Assembly (NCBI RefSeq): GCF_032444005.1
Contig: NC_091285.1
Location: 413,788,001 to 413,852,000 of the forward strand
DNA length: 64,000 bases
From: Ranitomeya imitator
Lineage: Eukaryota
Reading direction: 5' to 3'
Part shown: positions 52,477 to 64,000 of the stretch, piece by piece
Layout: each line of letters opens with the position of its first letter
Numbering within the stretch: position 1 is the first letter of the stretch
The notes under the pieces: model-generated
Told to the model about the DNA's origin: nothing
The model's database searches: none
What the model saw: the letters and a program-made list of their open reading frames with translations, nothing else
Translations under genes and position numbers: made by a program

Positions 52477-54085
52477 GCACAATATTGGTGAGTGGATGAG
52501 ACATAGGCGCTAAATATTCAAAAACCAGGTCAAAATATATAATGATTTATGGAAAGAATCTAGAGGAACAGATAGCTAATACTCCGTTTCCCTACCTGGC
52601 AGCAGAGGTTGGCATCCTAGGGGGATGACCCCAAAAAAGGAAATCCCTCACCAAGCCGTCACCAACACCCATAAAGTGCTTTATGATAATGAACCTGACA
52701 ACTAGATGTATTATGTAGGTGACAATGCTGGACATAAACAGGATTTGTATTGTATTATGCTCACTATTTCAGAGTATGATGGATGGTAAACAGAATGTGT
52801 CTGTATTGATTGGCTGTAGTATCTTGATAGACGGCTGTATATTTTATACATGCAATAGATTTCCAATACATCAAAAACCTCCAATCCAAAACCTCTGAAG
52901 AGAATACAAATGACACCCCAGATCAGGTATTAAACCATAGATGTCTCCAAGGCAGATATACAGATATATGTGTAACATCAAATAATTGGCTAAGATTCTC
53001 CAATAGAGGATACCCAGCACGAGTCATCAATGCTGGCTACAAGCATGCACTAGGTAGTAACCGCACAGGCCTGCTTACCCCAGTCACCAGAAATACATTG
53101 GGTGATATTACGCGCTTGATTGGGACTTTTGATGATCGTAACAAAAAAAAATCTTGTCAACCTTGCAAAGACACTGGGACATTTTGCTGGCAGACCCAGA
53201 TATTTCGGATCAGATTACATTAAGACCATCAAATCACCAATAGGAGAGGCAGGTCCGTGTGGGACTACGTGGCCCATAGCCACGTACAGGACATAAATGC
53301 GGTGCAGCTGTAGCTGCACTCTTGAAAACAGAGATATATATATGTAAGAGAATTAGAGCACAAAGAAAGAGTCCGGGTGCAGAGGCCCCCCAGGCAAATA
53401 CCAAACCTCAATATATATATATGCTGAGCACAGTGGCGATCAGGTGCAGGTATCAGCTCTATGTGAGACAGCAATGCAAACGATCGGTGCTAGTACTGAT
53501 GGCATCTGCCATGTATAGTGAGGGCTCGGTTTCTTAGCCCACACCATACATCTGCCGAGCCCATATGACTTAATTTTACATTGGGTGGTCACAGAAGGGT
53601 TAAGCCATATTTCTAATATGCCATAAACCATCAGTCAACAAACCCCCAGCCAGTCCAGCACAGCTGATGAAAATAATGATGTCTTCAATTTCTCAAGTGT
53701 GCTTGAGACAACACCCGATTTGTAAATGTGTGTTCTTATAAGGGATTGTGTCCGGAAGGATTGAATAAGGTCGGATCCAGACGGCCGTATTTCAGTCCAT
53801 ATATGTATCGCAATGCATGAACTGACCTCGGGTCTCCCAACTTGAACTTACGGCCTCATAAATAGATATTAATGCGGCTGTAATTTTGTGTCAGGAGACC
53901 CGAAGTCAGTCCGCACGTTGCGATCCAGATATGGACGGTGACATACCACCTGAAGATTGTTTAATTCATACACAGCAGAAGTCCAAAAAAGTGGAAGTTT
54001 TTGCAAAATTTGTTGAAACTCTTTGTTATATTTACTGTACTGTCCTATTTTCACTCTTTCAGTTGAATTATTGCTTATTTGCAAA

Positions 54086-55075
54086 TAGAGATGGGCGAAT
54101 CCACATAGCAAAGTTCGGCGTCCGTACCAAACACCATACACAGCCTTCACCAGAAAGTCTGTGTTAGGCTATGTGCACACGGTCATCATTTTTAGCGTTT
54201 TTTTCGGCCGTTTTCCGCCAAAAAAAATAAAAAAGGCTTACATAAGCATCCCATCATTTTAATGCATTCCGCATTTTTTGTGCACATGCTGCATTTTTTT
54301 TCCGCGGCGGAATCGCACTCCGGAAAAAAACACAGCATGTTCATTCTTTGTGCGGAATCGCGGCGATTCTGTACACCTAGGAATGCATTGATCCGTTTAC
54401 TTTTCAGATGGGGCTATGCCCACCATGCGGGAAGTAAGTGGATCATGTGCGGTTGGTACCCAGAATGGAGGAGAGGAGACTCTCCTCCAGGCCCTGGGAA
54501 CCATACACTTGTATAAGAAAAAAAAAAAAAAAAGAATTAAAATAAAAAATCGTGATATTCTCACCTTCCGACGGCCCCCGCAGCCTTCTCGCTCCTCGCT
54601 ATGCTCTCGTTCCCAGTAATGCCTCGCGACAATGACCTGTGATGAAGTAGTGGTCTCGCGAGACCGATACGTCATCTGGGGTCATTGCCTCAAGGGAGCT
54701 GCCGGGAGCATCGCAAGGAGCGGGAAGGCTGCGGGGGCCGCCGGAAGGTGAGAATATCACGATATTTTAAATTATTTTTCACATTATATCTTTTTACTAT
54801 TGATGCTGCATAGGCTGATGGGACTACGCCTCCGATCACAGCTGTTTGATAGCGTGGGAACCGCACTGTATGACCGGCGGTGATTATTTTACCGCAGATC
54901 AGAAATGGTGCTTGTCGCGCTGTCATACACATGACAGCATGGCAAACACTGGATGGTCGGGCGCCCATTCAAGTTAATGGGGTGCGAGTTTGGGTACTGT
55001 TCTGGTACCCAAACGTTTTGTAACTGTCCTGCAAAACCCGCCCTACCCGAACATCCTGGTGTTCACTCATCTCTA
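54086..55075. mobile_element. hAT-like MITE containing a partial Harbinger-like MITE from about 54167
   Basis: TIR TAGAGATGGGCGAA / TTCACTCATCTCTA; 8-bp TSD TTTGCAAA / TTTGTAAA. Confidence 0.75.
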
Positions 55076-55144
55076 TTTGTAAATTTTCCTAATAAACCTA
55101 ATTTGGTGGCTGAATAATTTTGACTGTAGCGTTAGCTAACACTA

Positions 55145-55369
<225 letters not shown>

Positions 55370-55870
55370 CTAGCACTTGCCTTGAACTTAGATCAAGTGT
55401 TCTATTACCTGTGCCTTTAAGGCAACAAAAGGCTGAACTCTTGCTACCCATTAGAATACTTTTTTACAGTATTGTTAAGGTCACTTATTTATCTTGTGTC
55501 ACAGTGGAAACAAGCAATTCCTAAAATAAAATGGGCTGTCAGCATCAAGTGTAGCACATTTCTCCTCCAGTCACCACCTAGTAAGGTATATGGACAGGGA
55601 GGAAACCTCAAGCCAATTGTAGAGTACAGAGGGGCCAAAATCTGACATAGGGGCCTTCCTCTGCAGTCACCTTCCTCTGCAGTCACCTAATGCAGATATA
55701 GAAGAATAGAGCCTAAAGCCTTTTCCGTATTTTCGACCCTACAACGTATTTGCAGTTTTTCCATTTCTACTCTGTTGCCAAATTCACATGCAGTTCTCTA
55801 GAAAACCTGTAGGGAACAGCAAGCATAAATATGCCCAAAAGGTTTCTACCCGTGGGTACGAATTGTCTAC

Positions 55871-56133
55871 TAGTGATGAGTGAGTATTTGTTAGTTCTCG
55901 GAGATTTCGTTTTTGTCAACGCAGCTGCATGATTTACAGACACTAGACAGCCTGAATACATGTGAGGATTCCCTAGCAACCAGGCAACCCCCACATGTAC
56001 TCAGGCTGGCTAGCAGCTGTAATTCATGCAGCTGCGTCAACAAAAAATAAATCTCCGAGCAGTTACAAATACTTGGAGACCACCCGAACATGCTCAGGAA
56101 AACCCGAGCAAAAAGTACACTCGCTTATCACTA
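55871..56133. mobile_element. hAT-like MITE
   Basis: TIR TAGTGATGAGTGAG / CTCGCTTATCACTA; TSD TTGTCTAC / ATGTCTAC. Confidence 0.75.
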
Positions 56134-56220
56134 ATGTCTACACATTCCTACAAGTATTAGATGCCTTCCACAATGGCAATCCATCTTCTGATAATTACAT
56201 TACCTAACAATGTTACTTAC

Positions 56221-56367
56221 ATGATCTGGATCGAGCTGACAGTGTCGGGCTAAAGCATGCAGGAGCCTCTGGATGTAAGGCTTAAAGATGCTGTGCAGAA
56301 CAGCGTCATTTATTTTGTAAAGATGTTCTCCAAGTCTATACCAAAAGTTAAATGAGATTTCGACTAC
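56221..56367 (-). CDS. TNPO3: Transportin-3, most 5' exon in the window (147 nt)
   Basis: [49 protein letters not shown]; AG/GT ends. The 15 exons splice in frame to 586 aa + stop. Confidence 0.95.
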
Positions 56368-56944
56368 CTGCAGGAGAAAAAATAGCAATATCAAAACAGA
56401 GTTTCTGCGCTTTTATATATAGATGGATTGTAATTATAAAAAAAAGATATATAATTTCGATTTATGTTCTTGAAAATAACTAAGGACACCCTCTTTGAAT
56501 TTTGTTGCTTTACATAACAGGACATAATAAAAAAAAAACAACATCTGGTCCTAAGAAAGGATTGAGATTGGGTAAATACAACCTCAGAAGACAAACAACA
56601 CTTGACAAATTACAGTGTCATTTCCAGAAAGTAGGTCAACTTGCAGAAGCAATGCGTGAATAACTAAGTACGTCCCATGATTCAGTAGCTTGTAGAACCA
56701 ATTACAGCTGCAATAACTGAAGTAATCAATTTCTGTATGACTTATCAGCCTAGTACATCATTCCAGAGGAATTTAGGCCCACTCTTCTTTACAAGGGTTG
56801 TCAGGACAAAAAAAAAATCTCTGGTGACTGGGTATGTTAAAAAACAAGTAATGCTCACTCATGTGGAATAGGCTGCCACGAGAGGTGGTGAGTTCTCCTT
56901 CAATGGAAGTCTTCAGACAGAGGCTGGTCAGACATCTGTCTTAA

Positions 56945-57275
56945 TGCTGAGTTCACACTGCGTTGCAGGCGTCCGTTAGACGGACTACGTTACACCGCGG
57001 CATAACGCGGTGTAACGCAGTCTGTTAACGCCGCCATTGAGTCTAATGTCGGACGCATCGCTAGCGCACGCCCACAATGGGCGTGCGCTAGCGATGTGCC
57101 GTCATTGAGTGATGGAGCCTGGGACGCGGGCTGCAGCGTTTCCGGGTCCATCACTGCTAGCGCAGATAGAGCTAGCAGATGCTCTATCTGCGCTAGCATG
57201 TCGGCACTAGTGTTAACAGCAGCCCGTTAACGCATGTGTTGAACGGGCTGCTGTTAACACAATGTGAACCTAGCC
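56945..57275. mobile_element. PIF/Harbinger-like MITE
   Basis: Imperfect TIR GCTGAGTTCACA / TGTGAACCTAGC; TAA on both sides; internal hairpins. Confidence 0.7.
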
Positions 57276-57278
57276 TAA

Positions 57279-57363
57279 GATGGTTTAGCGAATCCTGCTT
57301 TAAGCAGGGGGTTGGACATGATGACCCTGGAGGTCCCTTCCAACTCTTAACCTTCTATGATTC
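57279..57363 (+). mobile_element. 3' tail of a CR1-type LINE (or CR1-tailed SINE)
   Basis: GGGTTGGAC..GATGACCC.GGAGGTCCCTTCCAAC followed by TTCTATGATT, which resembles the CR1 3' UTR and tail as I recall it. Confidence 0.7.
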
Positions 57364-58992
57364 ATTTCCGGGCATTTATCAGGATCCAGGGAAGTCGCTC
57401 TGTGGTCTTCGTTCACTGCAGCAGAAAGTCGTCAATGTTCAAGTCTAGACAGGAGCGTTGGCACCTATGATTGGCTACCATGGTCAGGCGACTTCCACAG
57501 CCCGTCATTCACCATTGACGCAATGCAGAAGTCATCTGACTGCGACAGTCAATCACAGGTTCTGCTGCGAATTTAAATAGTCACAAACTCCTTCCTGGCA
57601 AACCATGGTGCAACCTACACGGAATCCTGGGAAGTACTGGTATGTGACTACAGTTTCCTTTGTTGTTTGTCATCATATCAAGCCACTGGGGAAACTTCAT
57701 TTTGTATGAACAACCCCATTAAACTCATTTGTGGGCTTTTGTTTATGCCGAGCTTACCTAAGGTCCCGTCACAGCATATGGCGTGAGGTCTGGACTGTGA
57801 CTGGGCCATTGCAACAACTCGATTCTTTCTTTTTCAGCCATTCTTACATAGATTTGCAGTTGTGTATGGGATCATTGTCCTGTTGCAGGATTCCGTTTCG
57901 GCCAAGCTTTCACTTGTGGATTGATGGCCTCACATTTTACTCTACAAAATGTTGGCACACTGAGGAGTTCATGGCCTAATAAATCACTGCAAAGTACCTA
58001 GGGCTTGTGGCTACAAAATAAGCCCAAATCAACCCTATCCACCATACAGTTGGTACGAGGTGTTTGTGCTGATATGGTGTGATTGGTTCTTCCCAAATTT
58101 GCACCAGGCATTATGGCCAAATATCTCCATTCTGGTCTCATCTGTCCAAGAGACATAGCAGGAGATTCAGCAACTTGAAAGAAATCTGGTGTAAAACACT
58201 TTGAAGAGTTGCAAATTGCTTACACAAACATTTTGCGACTTTTGGCGTTTTCCACAATGGTCTCAAGCAGCAACACCAAAATGGGTGGAGAAGCGGAAGA
58301 GACAGTGTGTTACCACATCCGTCTGTCAAATTGAAAATGGCGAAATACATTACCAGTTCATGACTGGAGTAACATTTTTTTGCGAGGTACAAGTCACCAA
58401 TAAGATACGCCAAATTCATTAAGTGGCATGCACCTGTTAATAAATTTGGCACAACTTATTCTTGCATGCCCCTCATTAGCATTAAATGCCAGTCATAATG
58501 AATTGGGGTCATTGTTCCAGAAGCCTTATGGTTTGTTCACATACAACATCACAAACTTTAGATGTACTGCCATATAATTATCAGAAAGAAGAGACTTTCT
58601 CTTTGCAATCCACCCAGGGAAGCCATACTTGTGCACTCGTTTTATAATTGAACTGTGACCAGCTTGAACATTTAACATGTTGAGGTTGAGCTGGGTTCTG
58701 AGATTTTTACAATTTCTCTGAGCATTGCAAAGTTTCATCTTGGGTTTAATTTTCAGGGACTTCCACTCTTGGGAAGATTGTCCACCATCTTGAATGTTTT
58801 TGAGAGATTGATAGACAGCAACAATTGCTTCTTTCAGATCATTACTGATGTTTCTCCTTGGCATTGTGTTGAACACATGTCTGAATGTTCCAGGCCAGCA
58901 AACTGCCACAGCTTATGCTTTTATAGAGGCGGCCACACTTGCTGATGAACAATTAATCAAGGGCATTTCATTAGCAGCATGTGACTGCTACT

Positions 58993-59395
58993 TACAGGAG
59001 GTGAAATAAGTATCGCACACATAACCAATTTTCTAAGTAAATGTATTTCTAAATATGCTATTGACATGAAATTCTTATCAGATGTCGGTAACATCCCATC
59101 CAATACACACAGGCAAAGAAATCAAACCATAGATGTCCATAAATTAAGTAGTGTAATAATGAGCACTGACAAGGAAAAGGTATTGAACACAAGAAAGAAA
59201 GGTGCAAAAAGTCATAACACCAGCTGAAATCGATCAGTAATTAAAAAGCAATCCTGACACCTAAGAGAAAAATATCGGTTCAACTTATAGCCTATAAAAA
59301 GATGTCTCATTACCAAGGTGCCACACAAGAAACATCTCATGATAAGTAAAACTAGTGAGCTGTCTCAAGACCTTCGCAATCTTATAGTTGCAAAA
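58993..59395 (+). mobile_element. Tc1 5' end fragment
   Basis: TA-CAGGAGGTGAAATAAGTAT terminus and a decayed transposase start (KTSELSQDLRNLIVAK). Confidence 0.7.
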
Positions 59396-59745
59396 TGTAA
59401 TTTTCATGCAATTCCTACATTTTAGCCTAGCTTTTATTGCATAAGTAATGACGTGTAATATCATCTGTTGTTGTTCATAAGACCTTGTATTTACTCAATC
59501 TGGACTAGACATATTTTACTAGCTTACATAGAGCCGTTAATTTAAACAGCACCTAATAGACAGACATTTTAATATAAATATTTTAATACATACTAACATT
59601 ATTGGTTCCTCACTGGTAACAGTCATAGGGATATTGTAAAATTGCTTTACTCTGTCACAGAACTGCATAACTTTAAGATACATGTTGCAAGAACCAAAAG
59701 TCAACAGAACCTATAATAGATACTGTACCAGTACAGTAACAATAA

Positions 59746-60092
59746 AGGGGTATTCCCATCTTCAAGATCATATCCCAGTATATGTATCTGCTGTAATAAT
59801 ATTAGCAAATACCTCCAATTAGAAATGTAGTATAGTTTTTCTGATTAGCTATATCTCTTTCCTCATGTGCAGGACCTTAGGTATCCATGATTACGACCAC
59901 TGATATAGTGACAGTTAGTTAGCTAGTTACTAGTGGTCATAACCATGGATAGCTAAGGTCCTGCAATGCCGGCAAATGAGGAAAGAGACAGTGAACCAGA
60001 AGAACTATACTACATTTCTAATTGGAGGTGTTTGCTAATATTATTACATCTGCTAAACATTGAGCTAGGATCTTGGAGATGTGAATACCCCT
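59746..60092. mobile_element. T2-like palindromic MITE
   Basis: AGGGGTATTCCCATCT / AGATGTGAATACCCCT; TTAA at 60093-60096. Confidence 0.75.
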
Positions 60093-60103
60093 TTAAGTAT
60101 TAA

Positions 60104-60483
60104 GGCCTCTTTCACACTTGCGTCGGTACGGGTCCGTCACTATGCGTCGGGCCGACACAGGTTGTGAAATTTGTGCACGACGTGGGCAGCAGATGCAGTT
60201 TTTCAACGCGTCAACTGCCTATTCTGAAGTCCGGGGAGGAGGGTGCGGAGTTTCGGCCGCACATGCGCAGTAGAAAATGGCGGACGCGACGGACAAAAAA
60301 ACGTTACATTGAACTTTTTTTGTGATGACGGTCTGCCAAAACACGACGGATCCGTCACACGACGGACGCGACGTGTAGCCATCCGTTGCTAATACAAGTC
60401 TATGGGGAAAAAAACGCATCCTGCGGACACATTTACAGGATCGGATACGGATTGCGATGGATGCCAAACGACGCAAGTGTAAA
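60104..60483. mobile_element. Harbinger-like MITE whose right TIR is interrupted by DIRS F
   Basis: Left TIR GGCCTCTTTCACACTTGCGTCG. The right TIR reads CGACGCAAGTGT-AAA and then switches to DIRS sequence. Confidence 0.75.
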
Positions 60484-63400
60484 ACAGGATTTTTGGTTGC
60501 TTACCGTAAACTCGGTTTCTCGGAGCCTTCATTGGGGGACACAGAAACCATGGGTGTATGCTGCTGCCACTAGGAGGCTGACACTATGCAAATAAAAAAG
60601 TTAGCTCCTCCTCTGCAGTGTACACCCTACCGACAGGAAGTAGGATATTCAGTTAGTGAGAAAGCAGTAGGAGAAGCAACATGTAAAAGAGAAAGAATAA
60701 TAATAACATAATAAACTTTATCCACATAGCGCCAACAAATTCCACGGCGCTCCATAGATTAACAGTTTCAAGCACTCAAAGAGTATTCAAAGAACTCAAA
60801 CGTATACAGTAAGCTGAGCTGTTCAACTTGGGAGGGAGCTGTGTCCCCCAATGAAGGCTCCGAGAAACAGATTTTACGGTAAGCAACCAAAAATCCTGTT
60901 TTCTCTATCGCCTTTCATTGGGGGACACAGAAACCATGGGACGTCCCAAAGCAGTCCCTGGGGTGGGAAAAACAGACTTCCATCAAGTACGAGAACTCCC
61001 CACTGCCGCCTGCAGGATCCTTCTGCCCAGGCTGGAGTCCGCCGTAGTCCGGCGAAACGTGTGGATGGAAGACCAGGTTGCCGCTTTGCAAAGCCGTCGG
61101 CGAAAGCCCCTGTGACGTACCGCACTGGAGGCGCCGACTGCCCGGGTAGAGTGAGCCTTTATCTCAGGAGGGGGCACTCTGTTCTTGACCCGGTAAGCTT
61201 CCAAAATTGCCGTTCTGATCGAGCGAGCAATAGTCGCCTTGGAAGCCGGCAGGTCTCTACGCACGCCATCAGGGATGACGAAAAGAGAATCCATCTTTCG
61301 GAAAGCGGCCGAGCTAGCCAGGGAGATCCTCACTGCCCTGACGGGGTCCAGCCTGTACAACGATCGCTCCAGAGGAGGAGTCGGAGCTGGACAAAAGGAA
61401 GGTAGAACGATGACCTCGTTGAGGTGGAAAGATGAAAACCACCTAGTGGAAGGAAGGAAGGCGGAGGCCTGGGACCGCCTTGTCCTGGTGGAAAAACAAG
61501 AAAGGAGGTCGGCAAGAAATGGCCGCCAACTCAAAAACGCGGCGGATCGAAGAGATGGACTTGAGAAAAGCCACCTTCCGAGATAGAACTGACAGGGAAA
61601 AACTCCCTCAGAGGCTCAAAAGGGGGGAACCCCTAAGAACAACCAGCACAACCTTTAAATCCCATGAATCCACAGAGGCCCAGAACAGAGGGACAGCGTG
61701 GGCTACTCCTTGAAGGAAGGTCTTAACCTGTGACTGAGAAGATAACGTCTTCTTAAAGGGAAGAAGAGCGCAGGAACCAGGCCCTTTATGGAATTGAGAG
61801 CGAAGCCCGAATCCAGTCCTGCCTGAAGGAAAACCAAATGGAAGGCAGGGAAAGGACATAGGTGAAAAGCGGTTGGACTCGCATTAACGAAAGTAAGCCT
61901 TCCAGGTACGATAATAGATCCTGGAAGAAGACGAAGGCTTCCTAGCCTGGATTATAGCGTGACCCGTCCGGGCCGAAAGACCGGACGCTCTTAGAACTGT
62001 GGAGTCCACAGCCACGCCGTTAAACTGAGCGACCGATAATTCGGGTGGCAGATCGGACCCTGAGACAGCAGATCGGGTCTGTTTGGAAGGCCCCAGGGGT
62101 GTCCGCGAGAAGATTGATGATGTCCGCAAACCAAGACCTCCTGGGCCAATCCGGGACGATCAGAATGACCGACACCCATCCCGCCTTGATCTTCTCGACA
62201 GCTTAGAAAGCAAGGGAAAGGGGTGGGAACCGATAGGGGAGCGCGAACTGCAACCAAGGAATGGCCAGAGTGTCAACACCACTGTGAGAGGATCGCGGGA
62301 CCTTGGGCCGACCCAAGGGACCTTCCTATTCAATCGGGACGCCATGAGGTCCACATCTGGAGTCCCCCAGTCGAAGAGCAATCCGATAGGAAACCTCCAG
62401 AAGTACCAGTCCCCTGCCACAAGGCCCTCGCGGCCGAGGAAGTCGGCGGCCTAAATGTCCACGCTGGGGACAAGCACTGCGGAGCTCACCAGGACCGTTG
62501 CCTCTGTCCAAAGGAGGATCCTGGAATCTCGGCCGAGGCCAGAGACCGCCGAGTCCACCCCTGGTGGTAGACATATGCCACTGCTGTGTCATTGTCTGTC
62601 TAGGCTGCTGAGAATCCTTACCCAGTGAAGGAAAGACAGAAAGATGATCCGGAACTCGAGGACATTGATCGGCAAGGAGGACTCCTGCATCGACCAACAA
62701 CCCTGAAAAGAACAGGTGACAAAGCCCCGCGCCTCCGCCGAGCGGGCAGACGTCCGTCGTCACCACCTGCCAGGGAACTGAAAGTAAGGATATGCTGTGA
62801 AGGATCTACTCTGGGATAAGAGAAGTGACCTCGGCCACCAGTCGAGGAACCGTTTGACCCGGGAGAAAGCCGGATCGGACGATGCCGGGAGCAGACCTGT
62901 CCCCCTGTGATAGAATAGCCTGCTGAAGAAGTCTTGAATGAAACGGGCGAAGGGAAAATTGCTCCCGATGTTGCAACCAACCTCCTTAGGACCTTTAAGG
63001 CCCATCGGAAAGGAGGGGAGCCGAAAACCCTGGAGCAAGCAAACTTCCTGACAAAGGAGGGATATCCTGTCTTCGGGAAGGAAGACTCTGGTCCGACAAG
63101 CGTCGAAGAACATGCCCGGAGATACGAGGCGCTGAACAAGACGGAACTTCTTCCTGTTGACGAGCCACCCGCAACGGCTAGAGTGTCGGGAAGATGGATA
63201 GACTTTCGGGAGCCTGAAACCGAAATTCCTGAGCCTCCATGGAAGCGATTACTGAACGAGGGGATATCATCCTGAAGTGTCTCCGACGAAACCTCCTGTT
63301 CAGCAAATTGAGATCCGGACTGGGACGAACCTTGTCGTCCTCTGATTTGAAGAGAAGCCTGTGAACCGTTAAACCATTCCTGTTCTGGGACGGGAACGAT

Positions 63401-64000
63401 TACCCCGGATCTAAGGAGGGAAACAATGGCTGTAAAGAAACCCGGGACTAGAGCGGGGTCTCTTGGAGGTTGGGATTCGAAGAAAACGATCCCAGGGCCG
63501 TGAAATGAAGATTTTGTATCTAGAAGATACAAGTGCCCTGGCCCATGCGTCCTCTACTGAGGAAACCCAGACGTCCCTGAGGAACAGGAGAAACGGGCTA
63601 GAGTCTAGTCGTGGGTCATGCCTAGGTGGAACTTCCAGTCCTGGACCTGGAGAATCCACCTTAGGAGTAGCGGGAACGCCAGGAAGGAGTGAATCGAAGA
63701 ATACCTTCTCTTCTTAACGTGCCTGTGGCCTCTGTTGCGAAAAGGAATCTGATGCCGCGAAACGACGCAAAAAAAGGCAGAAAAGGACCGAAGTTGCCGC
63801 CTAAGAGAACTGGTGCCGCCAGTGGTGTCCTTAATAATTTGGTCCAGCTTGGAACCGAAAAGCCGTGATCCTTGAAAAAGCCAGGCTCGTAAGGGACTTC
63901 TTTGATGACTCTTGAGCCAAACAGAACGACGGCTGGCAACAACATTACCGGGTGTCTGAGCGGCAGAAGACGCGACGTCCAGAGAACAAATTATTCCCCG
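60481..64000 (-). mobile_element. DIRS1-like retrotransposon F (decayed, continues past the window end)
   Basis: Right end and ITR about 60485-60655, ICR about 60840-60945. YR remnants 60983-61990 (KAHSTRAVGAS), RT/RH remnants to about 63600, gag 3' end beyond. Confidence 0.9.

Larger units (their letters stand above)
56500..58990 (-). pseudogene. Highly decayed Tc1-like element broken by later insertions
   Basis: MPRRNISNDLKEAIVAVYQ N-terminus (about 58860) and catalytic-region remnants near 57780-57980. Boundaries are approximate. Confidence 0.55.

Noticed and set aside
56368-60480. Search for the next upstream TNPO3 exon (expected ...AGHPQYE)
   Set aside because: Not found by eye; it probably lies beyond DIRS F outside the window, so no gene truncation is claimed.

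Overview
Vertebrate genomic DNA, most likely from a frog (inferred from the MITE and DIRS repertoire). It holds two convergent host genes: the last two coding exons of IRF5 (+ strand, 3434-6524) and 15 coding exons plus a probable non-coding last exon of TNPO3 (- strand, about 32715-56367). About half of the window is DIRS1-like tyrosine-recombinase retrotransposons: seven insertions (A-G). A, B and C are decayed, D and E have essentially intact gag, RT-RNaseH-MT and YR frames, F is cut by the window edge, and G is a 5' fragment. B, C and D form a same-orientation nest (MITE > B > C > D), joined through a shared GAAA core without target-site duplications. The rest is Tc1 remnants, piggyBac-like, T2/Kolobok-like, Harbinger-like and hAT-like MITEs, a CR1 3' tail and a minisatellite. 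The most interesting signal comes from comparing the diverged DIRS families, which suggests an expression programme I do not know to be described. It has four parts: a short intron at the gag N-terminus with a second conserved donor; an RT frame with no ATG that stays open about 100 codons inside gag behind a candidate acceptor; a gag TGA-C stop in frame with a roughly 970-codon YR frame (possible readthrough); and a 5' splice-site consensus at the extreme 3' end of every element. All splicing and readthrough claims are sequence-based hypotheses that need RNA or ribosome data.
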